A program made the translations under genes and the position numbers. A stretch of DNA of 63,784 nt, counting the filler, from Folioceros fuciformis (lineage: Eukaryota): the NCBI GenBank assembly GCA_049999805.1. It is 10 parts of 10 records of this genome, joined end to end, with 100 filler letters (N's around TTAATTAATTAA, not from the genome) between each part and the next. Parts side by side here need not be neighbours in the genome. Positions count along the whole stretch, not along the records: positions 1 to 4,629 come from JBNGIO010001072.1; positions 4,730 to 11,893 come from JBNGIO010001073.1; positions 11,994 to 27,783 come from JBNGIO010001074.1; 7 more parts are not named here. The stretch is one strand, 5' to 3'. Shown one piece after another: positions 1-12,604 of this stretch; within the stretch, counting starts at the first letter, position 1, and every line of letters begins with the position of its first letter. The notes beneath the pieces were generated by a model that saw only the letters and a list, made by a program, of their open reading frames with translations, made no database searches and was not told where the DNA came from.

Positions 1-2000
1 GGTGCCTCAATCTCCAATGGTTGTGGCTGAGTGTAAAAGAGGGGGTGTGGCTCTTGGCCTCCTGTTCTTTCTCCCCCCTCCCCTTCTTTTTCTTTTCCTT
101 CTTAGGTGTAGGTGATTTAGCAATTGTAGGATGGGGTGATGAAAGGTGGTTTGTGAGTTGATGAAGGGGCTGCAAGCAGGGCTGTGAGTCATGAGTAGGA
201 GCCTGGATGAAGGAGTCACCAACGTTGAGGTGATTTGCCCTTGGCTGGAAGGAAGTGTGATCAGCAGTGGTAGGACTTGGGCTCAACCAATGAAACATGA
301 AGACAAGGAAGGGCATGGGTGAGACAGAGGGACAGGTGGACTCCACTTCCACCCCTCTAGTACCAAGGAAGGCCCCAAGCAGGAGAAGATACAATTTTTG
401 TGCCTTGCAAGATAGAGGAGCCAGAGGCAGCCCACAAGAGGCAGCCCGACAGATGTGGAACGCACGCCCGACAAACAAGAGATCTTGGGGACACTTGACC
501 CCAGGACAGAAGCTAACGTGCATCTGTCACTTGTGTTGCCTATAGGACAAGAGGAGTCTCTCCCTCCTATGCCTTTGGAGAGCAGCCCAGCAATTGCACC
601 TCAGTCAACCACAAGGAAGAGACCAGCTGATGAGGTGACAGCACAAGAGGATGAGAAGGATAATTGCAGCCAGCAAAAGATCAGAAGGTTCCCTCCCAAG
701 GACACAGCTAGCGGAGGACTATCAGGAGTGAGGTCAGACCCCACTGTTTAGACTTAGTTATGATGGCTTGTGGTGATTGGGCCTAAATGGTAGGCCCATT
801 AAGACTTCTGACACCGAGTCACTTTCTAGGCAAGCCTAGGTCAATGAGCCAAGAGGTTCATTAATTTAGTTATTTTTTATAGTATTGACCTAAGGAGAGA
901 GAAAGCGTGAAGAGAGAGGGGATCTCTTATAAGGCTAGGAGAGTTCCTTGAACTCATTTTGTCACTTGCCAACCTTTAGTCATCAGCTCTTGCTTCTTGA
1001 GCTCCAGATGTGCCTTGTTCCAGCTGACTGATGTGGTCGAGACCTCGTCTCCCTTTCCGGTCAGATGTTGCTAAGTTGCAGATGTAGATGTGGATGAGGT
1101 TGGGGTTTGCTGGCTGATGGTGCAAGTGTCCATGGTTGTTGTCCCTAATGTTCCCGCATGCTAGTCTTGCTAGTGTGTTGCTGGCCAAGGAGACTTGGTG
1201 CCTGGTAGGAGGTAAGGCTAGGTTCCATCAATCTGTGGCGTAGCGTAGGAGAGTTCTGACCTGCGGAGGGGAGAACAAGTAGAGGAGTAGAGGTGAAGGT
1301 TGTTGTAGTGTTTAGAGTTGCAAGGCACCGAGAGTGCTCAAGGCCTGGCAAGGAGCCTGAGGTAGTATTTCCTCAAATCCGCCCTAATTGGTGTGTGTGT
1401 TTCTGACGTCGTGCTGGAGGATGTGACGGGGGAGGGTTGCACCCTGATTGTAGTTTCCTCCTGCAGGTTCTGACTTGTGGTTTCCAGTACTTGGAGTGAG
1501 GGGGCTGTAGGCAGTACCAGCTACAGCAGTTGAGAGTGTGAAGATCTATCCATAGGTCGGCAGTGGCGACCTGAACCATTGGCAGGGTAGGAGTGACAGT
1601 CCTAACCTGTCTGCGGTTGGCAGGTCTGTTGGAAGTTGAGTAGTACCTCTGACCAAAGATAGCAAGGTCAGAGTAATTTGGATGGAAGAGGGATGTGAGA
1701 CGTGAGAAGTGTGAAGTGGGAGGTTGTGTAGTTAGGTCAGGGGTGACAGACCTGATCTATCTGCAGCTAGACGAGTCCTGACTAGGGGTCGCAAGGTCAG
1801 GAGTAGAGGGTCAGTAGTTGGCTATAAGAGTTATGAAGTTGTGGAGTTCGGAGAAGTCCTCTCATACACTACAGATTGAGAACACCAATCACTCTTTGGT
1901 GGGATCGAAACCCATTCTATACTAACGACAGTGGGATAAGTGTGGCCACTATAGGACGGAGCTCAGGGAGCCCCACTCCCCGAGATCCGGCCGCCACAGT

Positions 2001-2195
2001 GCTGGTAATCACAACTCAAGGCACATGGGCAACCATGTGCTCGCCTATTTACGATTAGTACCCATGTGCGTACTACACTTATTACCTAAAGAAGGTTGGT
2101 GCTGGTAATCACAACTCAAGGCACATGGGCAACTATGTGCTCGCCTATTTACAATTAGTACTCATGTGCGTACTACACTTATTACCTAAAGAAGG
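2001..2195. repeat. Direct tandem duplication, 100-bp period, two near-identical ~95-bp copies
   Basis: gctggtaatcacaactcaaggcacatgggc...attacctaaagaagg at 2001 and again at 2101 with ~3 mismatches. Confidence 0.9.
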
Positions 2196-2249
2196 AAGCT
2201 TATACTTCATGGTTGTTTGCTATTCTGTTAACACGAAGTATGTTGTGGA

Positions 2250-3122
2250 GGTCACACCTAGCGGCAATTCTAGCTTAATGCGGGTGACATGAATAGCTCC
2301 TTGGCAATTTGGTAATCATTCCAGAAACCCAGCTCCACCTCACTTGCCTCGTCTTCGATTGGCCAGTTCACATGCTAGGGTGCATGAGAGGTGAGTGATC
2401 GCACAAATATCCACACCACCTTAGACACGGTTGATCAGCCTTGGTGTACTTGGGTCAATTGACTTATCTACACCAAATAATTTGGTAGCTACTTTGAGAG
2501 AATCTCTAGTCCCCAATCTTATGAGAATCGTAGCTACTTATTTGGCAACATGCAGCTTACGGTTTAGCAAGAAGGTAATGAGACTTGGAGGAGGACGTTT
2601 AGTAAGTCCAAAGCAACAACATGACAAATGTAATTGAATGTGGTTGGGAAGACTCTGATAATCTCTCTCCAACGGTCAGGATCTCCACTTGGAACAATTG
2701 TCATGAACTTTGCTGACCAATGAAGTGACTGTGGCTTGATGTAGGACATGTTTACCCTTCTCTCGGGTACAATTGAGTTGCTGTGCATAGTAGCAGCCAC
2801 ATTGTGGTGAGGAAGGTGTCTTCCTCATCTGCCACTTTCATAGAGGAAGAGGAGCACAAATCTGAATATTTCATAGGCAATAAGCTCGCTTGTAGATGTA
2901 GCTATGACTTTTGTGTAGTGTGCGCTTGGGATTGTGAGCATAATGACCATCATTGATGCGAAAATTGGGTCCTCTTTGACGATTAGCCATGATTGCATTG
3001 CTATCAGCAAAGAACCGGTTGTGACGTGCACCACCAAGACTAGCTTGTCGTCTTGGTGAGTGCCCTTAACACCCGCGCTTTTTCGCCACGTGCACAATGT
3101 TATGTGAATATGGAAAGTGCCC
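2250..3122 (-). mobile_element. Decayed PIF/Harbinger (ALP1-like) transposase remnant
   Basis: Minus-strand pieces RWREIIRVFPTTFNYICHVVALDL and, after a frameshift, KLHVAK*VATILIRLGTRDSLKVATKLFGVDKS resemble the Harbinger F-R-M-x-x-x-T-F-x-Y-I-C / LSVEKQVAIAL.RL..G.S...V...FGV region; possible terminus ...aaagtgccc|TAA at 3122. Confidence 0.55.
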
Positions 3123-4104
3123 TAAAACATTTTTGTCCAAATCGTTTTGGGGACACCTGGAAAGCAACTCTAAGCGCCCCATATCGAAGAAAACATTTTT
3201 TTAAAGTATTTGCATCCTAAGCTCCTTACATTGAGCATAGTCAATGTGCCCTTCTCATGGCTCTCCCATGTTAAGCTCACTATATTAAGGATAGATGGAG
3301 TGTACTTATGTAGATTATAAGCTGCCGACAATAAGGATAACCCTACACAAATATTTTTATTAAATAGTAATATAGATAATTATTGAGTTTATTTATATTT
3401 TAAAAATAATTATTTCATCATCATCCTCGTTAACCCTGCAGACATCGGGATACGGTACTATCATTCTTGCCCGATTTCATAGAGCATGGGAGCCGATCTC
3501 CAAAGGTAGGAGAGATTAAAATGCGTAAATTAATTGCTGGGAATGCTGCTGAAGCATCTGATTGCCGTCAGGTGTGTGGAATCGCACCTCAACGACCTGG
3601 GTGTGATTGGCCCATTCTCATGTCAGCCCCGGTGGGCAGGACGACTTGTGGTCCTTTTGGCTTGGCGGGCATCGCCTCAGCACTCGGAGGTCACCTGTGC
3701 ACGGGACTCCCATGTGAAAGCAAATGACTTCCTTCCCGCTTTACCATTCACGTCTGAGAATAGCGGCCGAGCCGAACCGAGCCGAGCTTCCTGTGCTTGG
3801 GAACAGCAAAGCACGACCCACGACGTGGCGTACCGGCTGCATTGCCGCGGTGGGCGAGGCTCGCTTTCGCGCCATTGCGTGGCGTCAGTGAACGCCGAGG
3901 ATCGAAGCCGATGCTGCTGCGCTTAAAGCTTCCCGTGTCCCCATTTTCTGTACTCTATCCGCCGTGGTGTATCTCCGCAGTCCTCTGCCGGCTTCGTCCA
4001 GCGTCACGACAAGGCCCTGGAGATTGCGACCTCAGCTAGCTGGTGGATGGAAATGCAGGTGTGAGCTTCTCTCGCTCTGGATCCGGATCCTCTTACCGCC
4101 CATC

Positions 4105-4629
4105 ATGAGGACGTCCCTCGCCGCCCTCGCTGCCCTGGCGTTCGCGCTTTTGCTGGCAGCGGCGGATGGGTCCAGTCTCGAAGCCTCGGAGGGGGAGGTG
4201 GGATCGGTGCGCGCAGCGTCGCGACGGTACGATCTCTCGGTCGGCGGCCCCGGCGGGCTCCTGCAGCGCGCCCTGCTCTCGCATTCCGAGATCGACGAGG
4301 GGCGGAGGGTGTTCCGGCCCAAGAAGACGAAGAAGCCGAAGAAGGAGAGGAAGGAGAAGACCAAGTATAAGACGCATCACAAGTACCAGGCGGAGAAGAA
4401 GTACGAGTACAAGCACATGCCCAGCGATCCGAACCAGGCTTACGGATCCGGGAAGCATTACTTCTACTCCCGGAAGATCAAGGGCAGGAAGATCCACCGG
4501 CATCCCAAGGCCCCACGATCGCCGCCACCGGTGTACAAGCAAATTCCCAGGTCCCCTCCTCCGGCCTACAAGCCTAAGCCGAAGCCAAAGCCCAAGACTC
4601 CGCTTCCTCCCCCTTCGGCGCCGCCGAAG
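4105..4629 (+). CDS. Secreted Lys/Pro-rich extensin-like cell-wall protein, 3'-truncated at contig end
   Basis: ATG 4105, signal peptide MRTSLAALAALAFALLLAAADG, K/H/Y-rich block, RSPPPVYK and RSPPPAYK motifs, KPKPKPKP; runs into linker. Confidence 0.75.
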
Positions 4630-4729
4630 NNNNNNNNNNNNNNNNNNNNNNNNNNNNNNNNNNNNNNNNNNNNTTAATTAATTAANNNNNNNNNNNNNNN
4701 NNNNNNNNNNNNNNNNNNNNNNNNNNNNN
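4630..4729. other. Artificial contig-joining linker (N44-TTAATTAATTAA-N44)
   Basis: Identical 100-nt spacer with six-frame stop core. Confidence 0.98.
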
Positions 4730-5357
4730 TCCTTACACCGGGATCCCGCCTCCAGAGGAAGCGCTGAAGGGGCTTCCACCGCAATGGGAGGCTGTCATCC
4801 CCTATGGTAAGGTTGTGGTGGCCTTGTCACGTTGTTTCTAACACACACATTGTTGCCCTGACACACCAAGGTGCGCAGTGGAAACTGGTTCTGACTCTGG
4901 GTTGTTGTTTCTGATGCCCAGAGGAAATGGTGGAAAGAGATCGGCGCTGGAGGGAGTTCTTCAAGGACCCGTCTCAGTGGTGGGATCATCGCAGCAGCAA
5001 GTTGAGTCACAAGGTAAGTTTTTCTTTTGCTGAACCCCTCGGCAGTGTGGCCGTGGTCGGAAACCTTTGGAGCCTGCCAGTCCAAAAGTAATCTTCTGTT
5101 CCTCTGGTTATGAGTAATCTTCTTCGTGTCCGATTGTGCAGCGAGATCCGAGGAAGCCTGACTTCGAGCACAAGGTGACCAAGGCGGAACTTTTCATCAA
5201 CAGGTGGATCAACCCTAACTGGGTGGCAGAGGAGCTGAAGATCTTCAACGAGAAGCGTGCTGAAGAGCAGCGGCAAAGAATAGCGGCTCTGGATGCCAAG
5301 GAGGCAGCTGAGAAGGCGGAGAGGGAGAAGATGGCAGCAGCAGCGGCAGATATTTAA
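4730..5357 (+). CDS. 3' part of an OSB-family (organellar ssDNA-binding) PDF-motif protein
   Basis: Exon ~4922-5013 RRWREFFKDPSQWWDHRSSKLSHK, GT-AG intron 5014-5141, exon 5142-5357 RDPRKPDFEHKVTKAELFINRWINPNWVAEEL...; matches the W..FF..P..WWDNR...PDFKHK....LW...P.WV PDF motif; 5' end missing. Confidence 0.8.
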
Positions 5358-6138
5358 GGGACCTAGGAAGGACACGGCATTGCGTCTCCGTTGCACCTCG
5401 TGCCCGTCAATTTTCACCCAAGGCGGGTGTCCACATTTCTCACAGCCGAGTCTCGTCGAGCAGTGTTAACCATTGCATTTCAAGCATTTCGCCCTGACAT
5501 AGCACCACCCACCCGCTTACGCTCCCGCGGTGTCGAGTTCCCAGAGTAGTCGTAGCTTGAGTCTTTTGGCACTCACTGAATGTTTTGTACTACGTTTCTT
5601 CAATTTTGATCATAAATATACGCCGTGCTCGATGTTCCAGGCCCTCACGAACTAGGCCGGTGTGGAATTGTCTGTGTAGGTGCCTCATGCCGATATTTCT
5701 CGATGCTGACCTGGACTGCGAATCTCTGCGTGATCCACCAACAGAACCAATTGCCCCTTGGCATCAACGCTCCTTCCCCTCTCCAAGGAGCAGGACCTTT
5801 CGAATAGGCGACCTTCTGTTGACGCCAATTGTACGTTTTTGTTCTTGAGACGCGTCTTTTTGCATGCTTCCTCCGCTCATTGGCCGCGTTCCCGCGCACT
5901 GATCGCGAAGATGCATTTCCCGGCATGTTGAACTCGATGAGAGCAACAAGATTGTGAGGATTTTTCTCAAAGAGTGGTGCATAATATTCCGGATCGTTGT
6001 GAACTTAGCTGCAGCTGGAGTTGCTCAGCGGAGTTCTCCTATGGAAATTGCTGCGTAGCTGTGAGTCGCAGCCTCGGTTTTCCATGCCCTTGGCCTTCAG
6101 TGCATTTTTTTTTCTCAGGTCTGGAGAGGACGTCAGCT

Positions 6139-9100
6139 ATGTGCGCGACGCAGCTGCACAGTCCTTCACCGGCAAGTAGGGCAACTGTTCAGGCCTGCAG
6201 ACCAGACACACAATGGTCAGGGGGATTCTGCTTCAAGAGCTTCACTGCGAATGAAATTCATCGACAATGCTTGCATGTCCCGGTTGCTACCGGATCCGTG
6301 AATTGCAATTCGTCTCTCAGAATCCGAACCAAGGAGGTGACGTTGTTGCATAGTTATCTGCAATCTTTGGACTCCAGAGATGGACGTCGACTTGTTCAGT
6401 GACTGACGACTGTGCTTGGCGCTATCGTAGATGCCGGCTGTGCTTTCCTTCAACACTCCATCCCCTTGGCAAGTGTTCGGGACAGTGAACAAGAGTGCTT
6501 GCTCGTGCCTGCTGTCGTGGATGTCCTTCACCTTTGGGATAAGTCCACCATTTGGGAGGGTGAAGGCTGAAAGAAGAGCTTCCAAGCTCAGGAAAACAGA
6601 GAAGAAACTGCCTGAGGAACTCAATGTCCGTGCTGAATTTCCCTCAACTGGCGCGCAGGAGGAGTCTGTGAAAGATATTCAAGGCGAGCTTCAGAGCTTG
6701 CTCTGCGACCACCTTCTACATCTTGAGTCCTTCGCTTCGCAATTTGTATTCTGTTTCTGTCCCGCATCCGTAAAATCATTTTCTTCTGACTAGGTCATGT
6801 CGTGCAGGTGCACTCAGAAGAACAGAAACAACCACGGAGAGACAAGCGGGCGCAACACCTGTGGCCAAGAAAACTGAAGAGATTCAACCAGATTCCAATG
6901 GCTGGATACGGGAAGGTGCAGACAAGACGAAGTCTTCATTGAGCATCACAATTTTGGGGGCAACTGGGGACTTGGCCAGAAACAAAATTTTCCCTGCGTT
7001 GTTTGCGCTCTTTAACAGTGGCTGCCTGCCTGAGGTAACGCCACGTTCTGATGAAGCTGCGAAAATGTTGTCAGAAACTTCATCCGTTTGCATTTTGGGT
7101 AGGCAGCCTCTCAAGGTACCCAATGGTTGATCACTTAGAATGTCGGGATTTTTGGATTCTCAAGAAGCAAGATGTCTGATGAGGAATTCAGGAGTCTCAT
7201 CAGTCAGAAACTAACCTGCAGAATAGACCAACGGTATGTACTTTGTATTTACTGTACTTTGTTCTGCTGACATGAGGTTTCAACTTGGACGCCATCAACT
7301 TGCTACCTTACGCTCACTAGCCCATTGCCTTTTGAAGGGAAGACTGTGGGGAAAAGATTACCAAGTTCTTGGAAATGGTACAGTATGTACCTGGTGTGTA
7401 TGAAGCATGTGATGCAATGGCAGGGCTCGTGAAGAAATTAAAACAATCAGAGGTGATCTTTCCATCACTATGCATGATGTCAAACTACTTCAATATGAGG
7501 TCAGCTCCTGCTTATAATGTTGACCAAAGGGGTTTCTTCTCATCTTGACAGGGGAATGGCATAGGAAACCGCATTTTCTACCTATCTGTTCCTTACGAAA
7601 ATGTTCCTGAGGTAGCACGGTGCGTCAGTGCCTACGGGCAAAGCAGTACAGGCTGGACGAGGGTTATTTTGGAAAAGCCATTTGGACACGATGTAGAGTC
7701 ATCAGCAAGGATCACAGATGCCCTACTCGCTGGTCTTACCGAGGAGCAGATTTACAGGTCTGTGACTCTTCTTGTTTCTACTGGAATATGGGTCCAAGAG
7801 TTGAGCTGGACTCTTCACTGCTATTTGCCATTCTGGCAGGATTGATCAGCACTTGGGGAAGGAGTTAATGGAGAACCTGACTGTATTGCGCTTCTCCAAC
7901 CTTGTGTTCGAGCCTCTTTGGAGCAGGACATACATTCGGAATGTGCAAGTAAGACCACTTTTCAGCAAAAATTTGAGGCTTAAATTGCGTATTCACCAAG
8001 CAATGAACTGCAGGTCGTTTTGTCGGAAGACTGGGGAGTTGAAGGAAGAGGAAGGTTTGTTCCCAGTTTCGCACAACGCCAAGATGTATAGTGTTTTCAG
8101 ATGCAAATTCATTTCAAGGTCTTGCCTAAACTGTTAATTAACTTGGATAGACGTGACATGGGGGTATGTTATTACTCTATTCAGATACTTCAATGAGCAC
8201 GGTATTATTCGTGATATTGTCCAAAGTAATGTCCTGCAAACAATTGCTTTATTCGCAATGGAGCCTCCTGTCAGTCTTGATGGTGAGGACATCCGCAATG
8301 AGAAGGCAAGCCGGACTTTCTCTTGATTTCGATCTCTTTATTTGCTGGCAAAGCTGAAAGGCCACTAACATGTATCCAGTGTTCCAGGTCAAGGTGCTGA
8401 GGTCTATGAGGAAACCTACCTTAAATGATGTCGTTCTTGGTCAGTACAAGGCCAGTGTGTCCAAAGATGGGAAGTCGAGGATTCCAGGATATCTCGATGA
8501 GCAAGATGTGCCACCGAATAGCTTGACACCCACATTTGTGGCTGGTGTATTGTACATCGACAATGCCCGCTGGGATGGAGTTCCCTTTCTGATCAAGGCT
8601 GGCATCGGGTTAATCAAACACAAGTAAGCAACTTGCCATCTTTAAAAAGTTTGCGATTCTGCCTAAAATCGTGGTTCAACTGATCTACAACTAATCTAGT
8701 GCTTGTGGATTTCTGAAGGGTTGAGATACGTATACAGTTTCGACATGTTCCTGGCAACCTCTACAGGGAGCGCTTTGGCTTCAACTTGGATCTGGCCACC
8801 AATGAACTGATCATTCGCATTCAACCAGATGAAGCAGTCTTCTTGAGGGTCAACAATAAGGTGCCCGGCCTGGGGCTGCAACTGGACTCACAAGAGCTGA
8901 ATCTGTTCTACAGGGACATGTATGTCTATTACTAGAACTCCTTGTGCTTTTCGTTTCCCTCCCTTAACTCACATGCGCTGACCTATTGAGGTGCACTGTG
9001 CAGATACGCGGCTGAGGACATTCCCGATTCGTATGAACGCCTGATTTTGGATGTCATTGACGGTGATAACCACCTTTTCATCAGGGGTGACGAGTGCCAA

Positions 9101-9244
9101 GCAGCGTGGGAACTCTTGGCTCCCGTCCTGTCGGAGATTAAAGAACAAAAGGTATCGCCTGAGCTGTACTCCTTCGGTGGCAGGGGGCCCGTCGGAGCGT
9201 ACTATCTTGCTGCGAAGCACGGTGTTCGCTGGGCTGATGACTGA
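6139..9244 (+). CDS. G6PD4: Plastid-type glucose-6-phosphate dehydrogenase, G6PD4-like (P0, probably catalytically inactive), multi-exon
   Basis: Transit-peptide-like exons (6139-6336, 6431-6683), [64 protein letters not shown]-terminus HGVRWADD*; start codon inferred. Confidence 0.9.
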
Positions 9245-10075
9245 CTTCGCTGGGCTCTAACTAGAAGAAGCAGTGTCAACCTTCCCCGTAGTCTCGGGAC
9301 AGTCCACGAGCCCTGAGGCCATGCGTATTGCTATCAACGACGAAATTGACACTATATATAATTCTTTGCTATCAATGACACTGCTTCTTTCGTATTGCTC
9401 CCGACGAAAGGGCTTTAGACAGATGACGAAGGGGAAAAACACTTCTGTATGTACAAATTTGAAGGTGAATAGACAAGGGTGAATAGACAGGGAGATGACG
9501 CTTACATCCGGATCAAGACATATCACTCGCGTAAACCTGCAGTCGTCACCCCAGTCTCCAAAGTTTCACCAAGGAAGAATTCAGTGCAAAAAGTCAATGG
9601 ATCGCCACAAAAATTAGCTACCCCTATTACGAGGTGGCCAGACAAAATACCCAATAACTTTCGAAAAACCTACCGTCACCAATACCAACTCTTGGAATAC
9701 CAGGCAATACATACAGAGATTCTATGGATATGGGGGAGCCCTGATCCAAGGGTGTACATGATACATGCTGCAAAATGCTTGTGCCAGCTCTCCAGCAGGG
9801 AAGCGGGGAGAGCTAGTCCACTGGCCATGGTGCCTTACTGTAGATCATGATCATACAACATTTTGTGAAGCTGAATCCCTGATTGCTAACATCAACAGCT
9901 CATGATTCCAACGGTCTCCATATTCACATCACATACTTGGACATCCCCCCAGAGGCCGCCAATGCGCAGAATCATGGATGTCATCAATAGCCGGCTTGCT
10001 GGATTGCTTCAACGATGGTAGTCAAGCAGGGGCACCACCTCCACAGGTAATTTAGTAGTCAGTAGTGTACAAGCC

Positions 10076-11730
10076 TTACTCACTGGAAGGGGACAATCCA
10101 AAATATAGCTCCAGGGATTCCGCTGCAATAACGTTGCTGGCAATTGATACAGCACCCGGGGCCGTAATGTGAAGTGAATGCCGGATAAAGCGCTGGAAAA
10201 AACACGCACACCATTGTCACACAAAAACAGCGAAACCCTGAAGGTGGAAGGACCAATAAGACGGGAAGATCCGACGGCCACGTACAGCGAGTTGAGAGAT
10301 TGTTGCGGCAGATGTATCTACATGCCAGTCCGGTTCCAGTTGCCGTACGAAAGAAGCCCTCCCCGACTCAGAGCTACAGAACAACACCTGAGGAGGAATT
10401 CAAGACCGCACATGTGGAAAAGATGTCCGTGCGGGAGAGAGGATCAGTTTGAAGAAATCCCAGACGACGAGAAAACAGAGACAATAGGCACATGCTGCCA
10501 CTGAAATACACAAAAGGATGCATACCTTATTACGGTTCACAGAGCCCACAGAGAACAACCCCACGGCATCAAGGGCAGCGAGCACTGCCGCCTGTTGGAC
10601 ACATCCAAGCGATACAAGCACGTAAGGTACCGACGAAAAGCCAACGAGCCGGATCCGTTACAGGAAATTATTACACGCACCATGGTAATCCACTTCAGGA
10701 GGACAAACCAAGACTCACCTCACTCTCATCGTCCAGAACCCTTGCTATGAGATACAAATCACAAACCCGAGATATCTCCAGAAGTACTTCCACAACAGCA
10801 GGCCTCACAACAGCATGCTTCTGCATGAATGGTAAATGATAGCTCCTGATCAACAACCACGAAAGGCACTTGGGTTCGTCCGCCCATTTCATCAAAGGAA
10901 AAAAAACCCCAAGTACCTGAAGCTCTTCTGAAGTGCTTTCCTCCAAAACGACACCAATCAGCTGCACAGTCATCTGCAACCACAAACATGTCACCATCTG
11001 CTAATGCTCAACACTTGACGCACAAAAACTTCCTTTCCTACGCAGCTGGCGTACCTTCCGAGCGCCGTCCAGCCGCATCCTCACTATTTGGCTCAACGTA
11101 AGCTGCCACGCGTAACAAAAAGCGCGTGAGAAGCCAGGAAACATGCAGACCAGAAAGATGAAGCCGGGAACTTGAACTAGAAGTAGAACCTGAGCTGGGG
11201 GCTCCCGAATAACAACACCACGCTGAACAGCATGCGTGATAGATCCCGCCGCGGCAGTAGACGTGCCGCTAGCACTGCCATCCCCCGGTCCCTGCCCCGC
11301 CTCGCGAGAGGTGGACGGAGCCTCCCTCTTGTCGAATCTCCGCCGTCGGTTGCTCGGACTCCTAAGTAGTTTCCAGGTGCACACCAACGCAATAGCAAAT
11401 CCCGCAACAGCTCCTATCGAGCTCACATTCTGCAGCATCCACAGGATTCCGATCACTGCCGTTCCAAACATTAAAACCTAAAACCTCTGTGCACGCAGAG
11501 CAAACCTGGATGCCTTTCAGACATTCCTGAATCCCGGCTCTCAATAGCGCAAAGCACATCCAAATTGACCTCAATCGACCTGGCCATCACGTTTGAGGTG
11601 CAGAAATTGCAAGGGAGCAACTCACCTTGTAGCGGAACAGAAAGGCAATGACATGCGACAACTTGAGCGTCAGAGAGGCACTGAATCCCCGTATTAGCTG
11701 CACAAGTTCTTCAGCGATGGAATCGCCCAT
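10076..11730 (-). CDS. PEX22: Peroxisome biogenesis protein 22, multi-exon
   Basis: Spliced reading MGDSIAEELVQLIR..., SIGAVAGFAIALVCTWKLLRSP (TM), LIGVVLEESTSEELQ, LLEISRVCDLYLIARVLDDESE, VLFCSSESGRASFVRQLEPDWHVD, SLELYFG; last exon/stop slightly uncertain. Confidence 0.88.
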
Positions 11731-11893
11731 AGTCTCTTTCGGCATTCAGTGTCGGTCGTGGGCGGTGAGGATCGCGGGGAGGAGGAGCAGGATTTGAGTG
11801 TTCTTGGCCAGGGTTTGGCGAATGTTCTTTTCCGTCTGACTGGCCTTCAAATCCACAAGCCCAACCTGCTGAATGGTGCGCCAAACTCTTACT

Positions 11894-11993
11894 NNNNNNN
11901 NNNNNNNNNNNNNNNNNNNNNNNNNNNNNNNNNNNNNTTAATTAATTAANNNNNNNNNNNNNNNNNNNNNNNNNNNNNNNNNNNNNNNNNNNN
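11894..11993. other. Artificial contig-joining linker
   Basis: N44-TTAATTAATTAA-N44. Confidence 0.98.
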
Positions 11994-12604
11994 CTGCCTC
12001 CTGCTGTTCCCGGCTCTCGTCTCCTCCAACGTCTCTCTCGCAACTCTCCGCTTCCCGCGCCTCAGTGCCGTTCAAACGGTTTTTATGGGCGATACAAATA
12101 CTGTATGTAACAAGGAAATCCCAAACCCCCGCCTAACCTACCCTACCCTGTCCTACCCGGCCAGTTAGCTGCAGTGCCACGTGGGTTCCAACTTGGGAGC
12201 CATGTCCATCACATCCACATCCGTGTCCTGACGGGATTACTCTGCCCCTTCGGTAAGATTCAAGCCCCTATTTCATCCTGCTTAAATCGAGATTTGGGTC
12301 GTGATGTTCGAGATTATCCTGCTAAGCCCGAGGCCATGTATGTACACACATACATATAGAGCTTTTCTTGTTCGATCCTGCGATTCTGCCAGCCCTGCCT
12401 GTGAGAAGCCAGATTTCTTATTAGCACACTACAGTACATAAGTGGCTTTAGTAAGTGACGGTCCGAAGGAGAAAAATAGCGTTCAACTGTTTCGGTGAGG
12501 TCCTGAGGATCAGCTGTGTAGAATTGGAGTTTCAGCTTGGATCGTGGAGCTCGTGATGTCTTCTCTCCTGGGTGGCAGGGCCAAGAATTGCGGAGAGGGA
12601 ATTC

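Noticed and set aside
1-1900. Possible retroelement ORF remnants
   Set aside because: Looks TE-derived but no diagnostic motif readable, so left unannotated.
1890-1925. GGTTTCGATCCC (minus strand) resembling a tRNA T-loop/B-box
   Set aside because: No cloverleaf or A-box could be built around it.
2001-2195. 100-bp repeat as CRISPR or LTR pair
   Set aside because: Only two adjacent copies with nothing between them.
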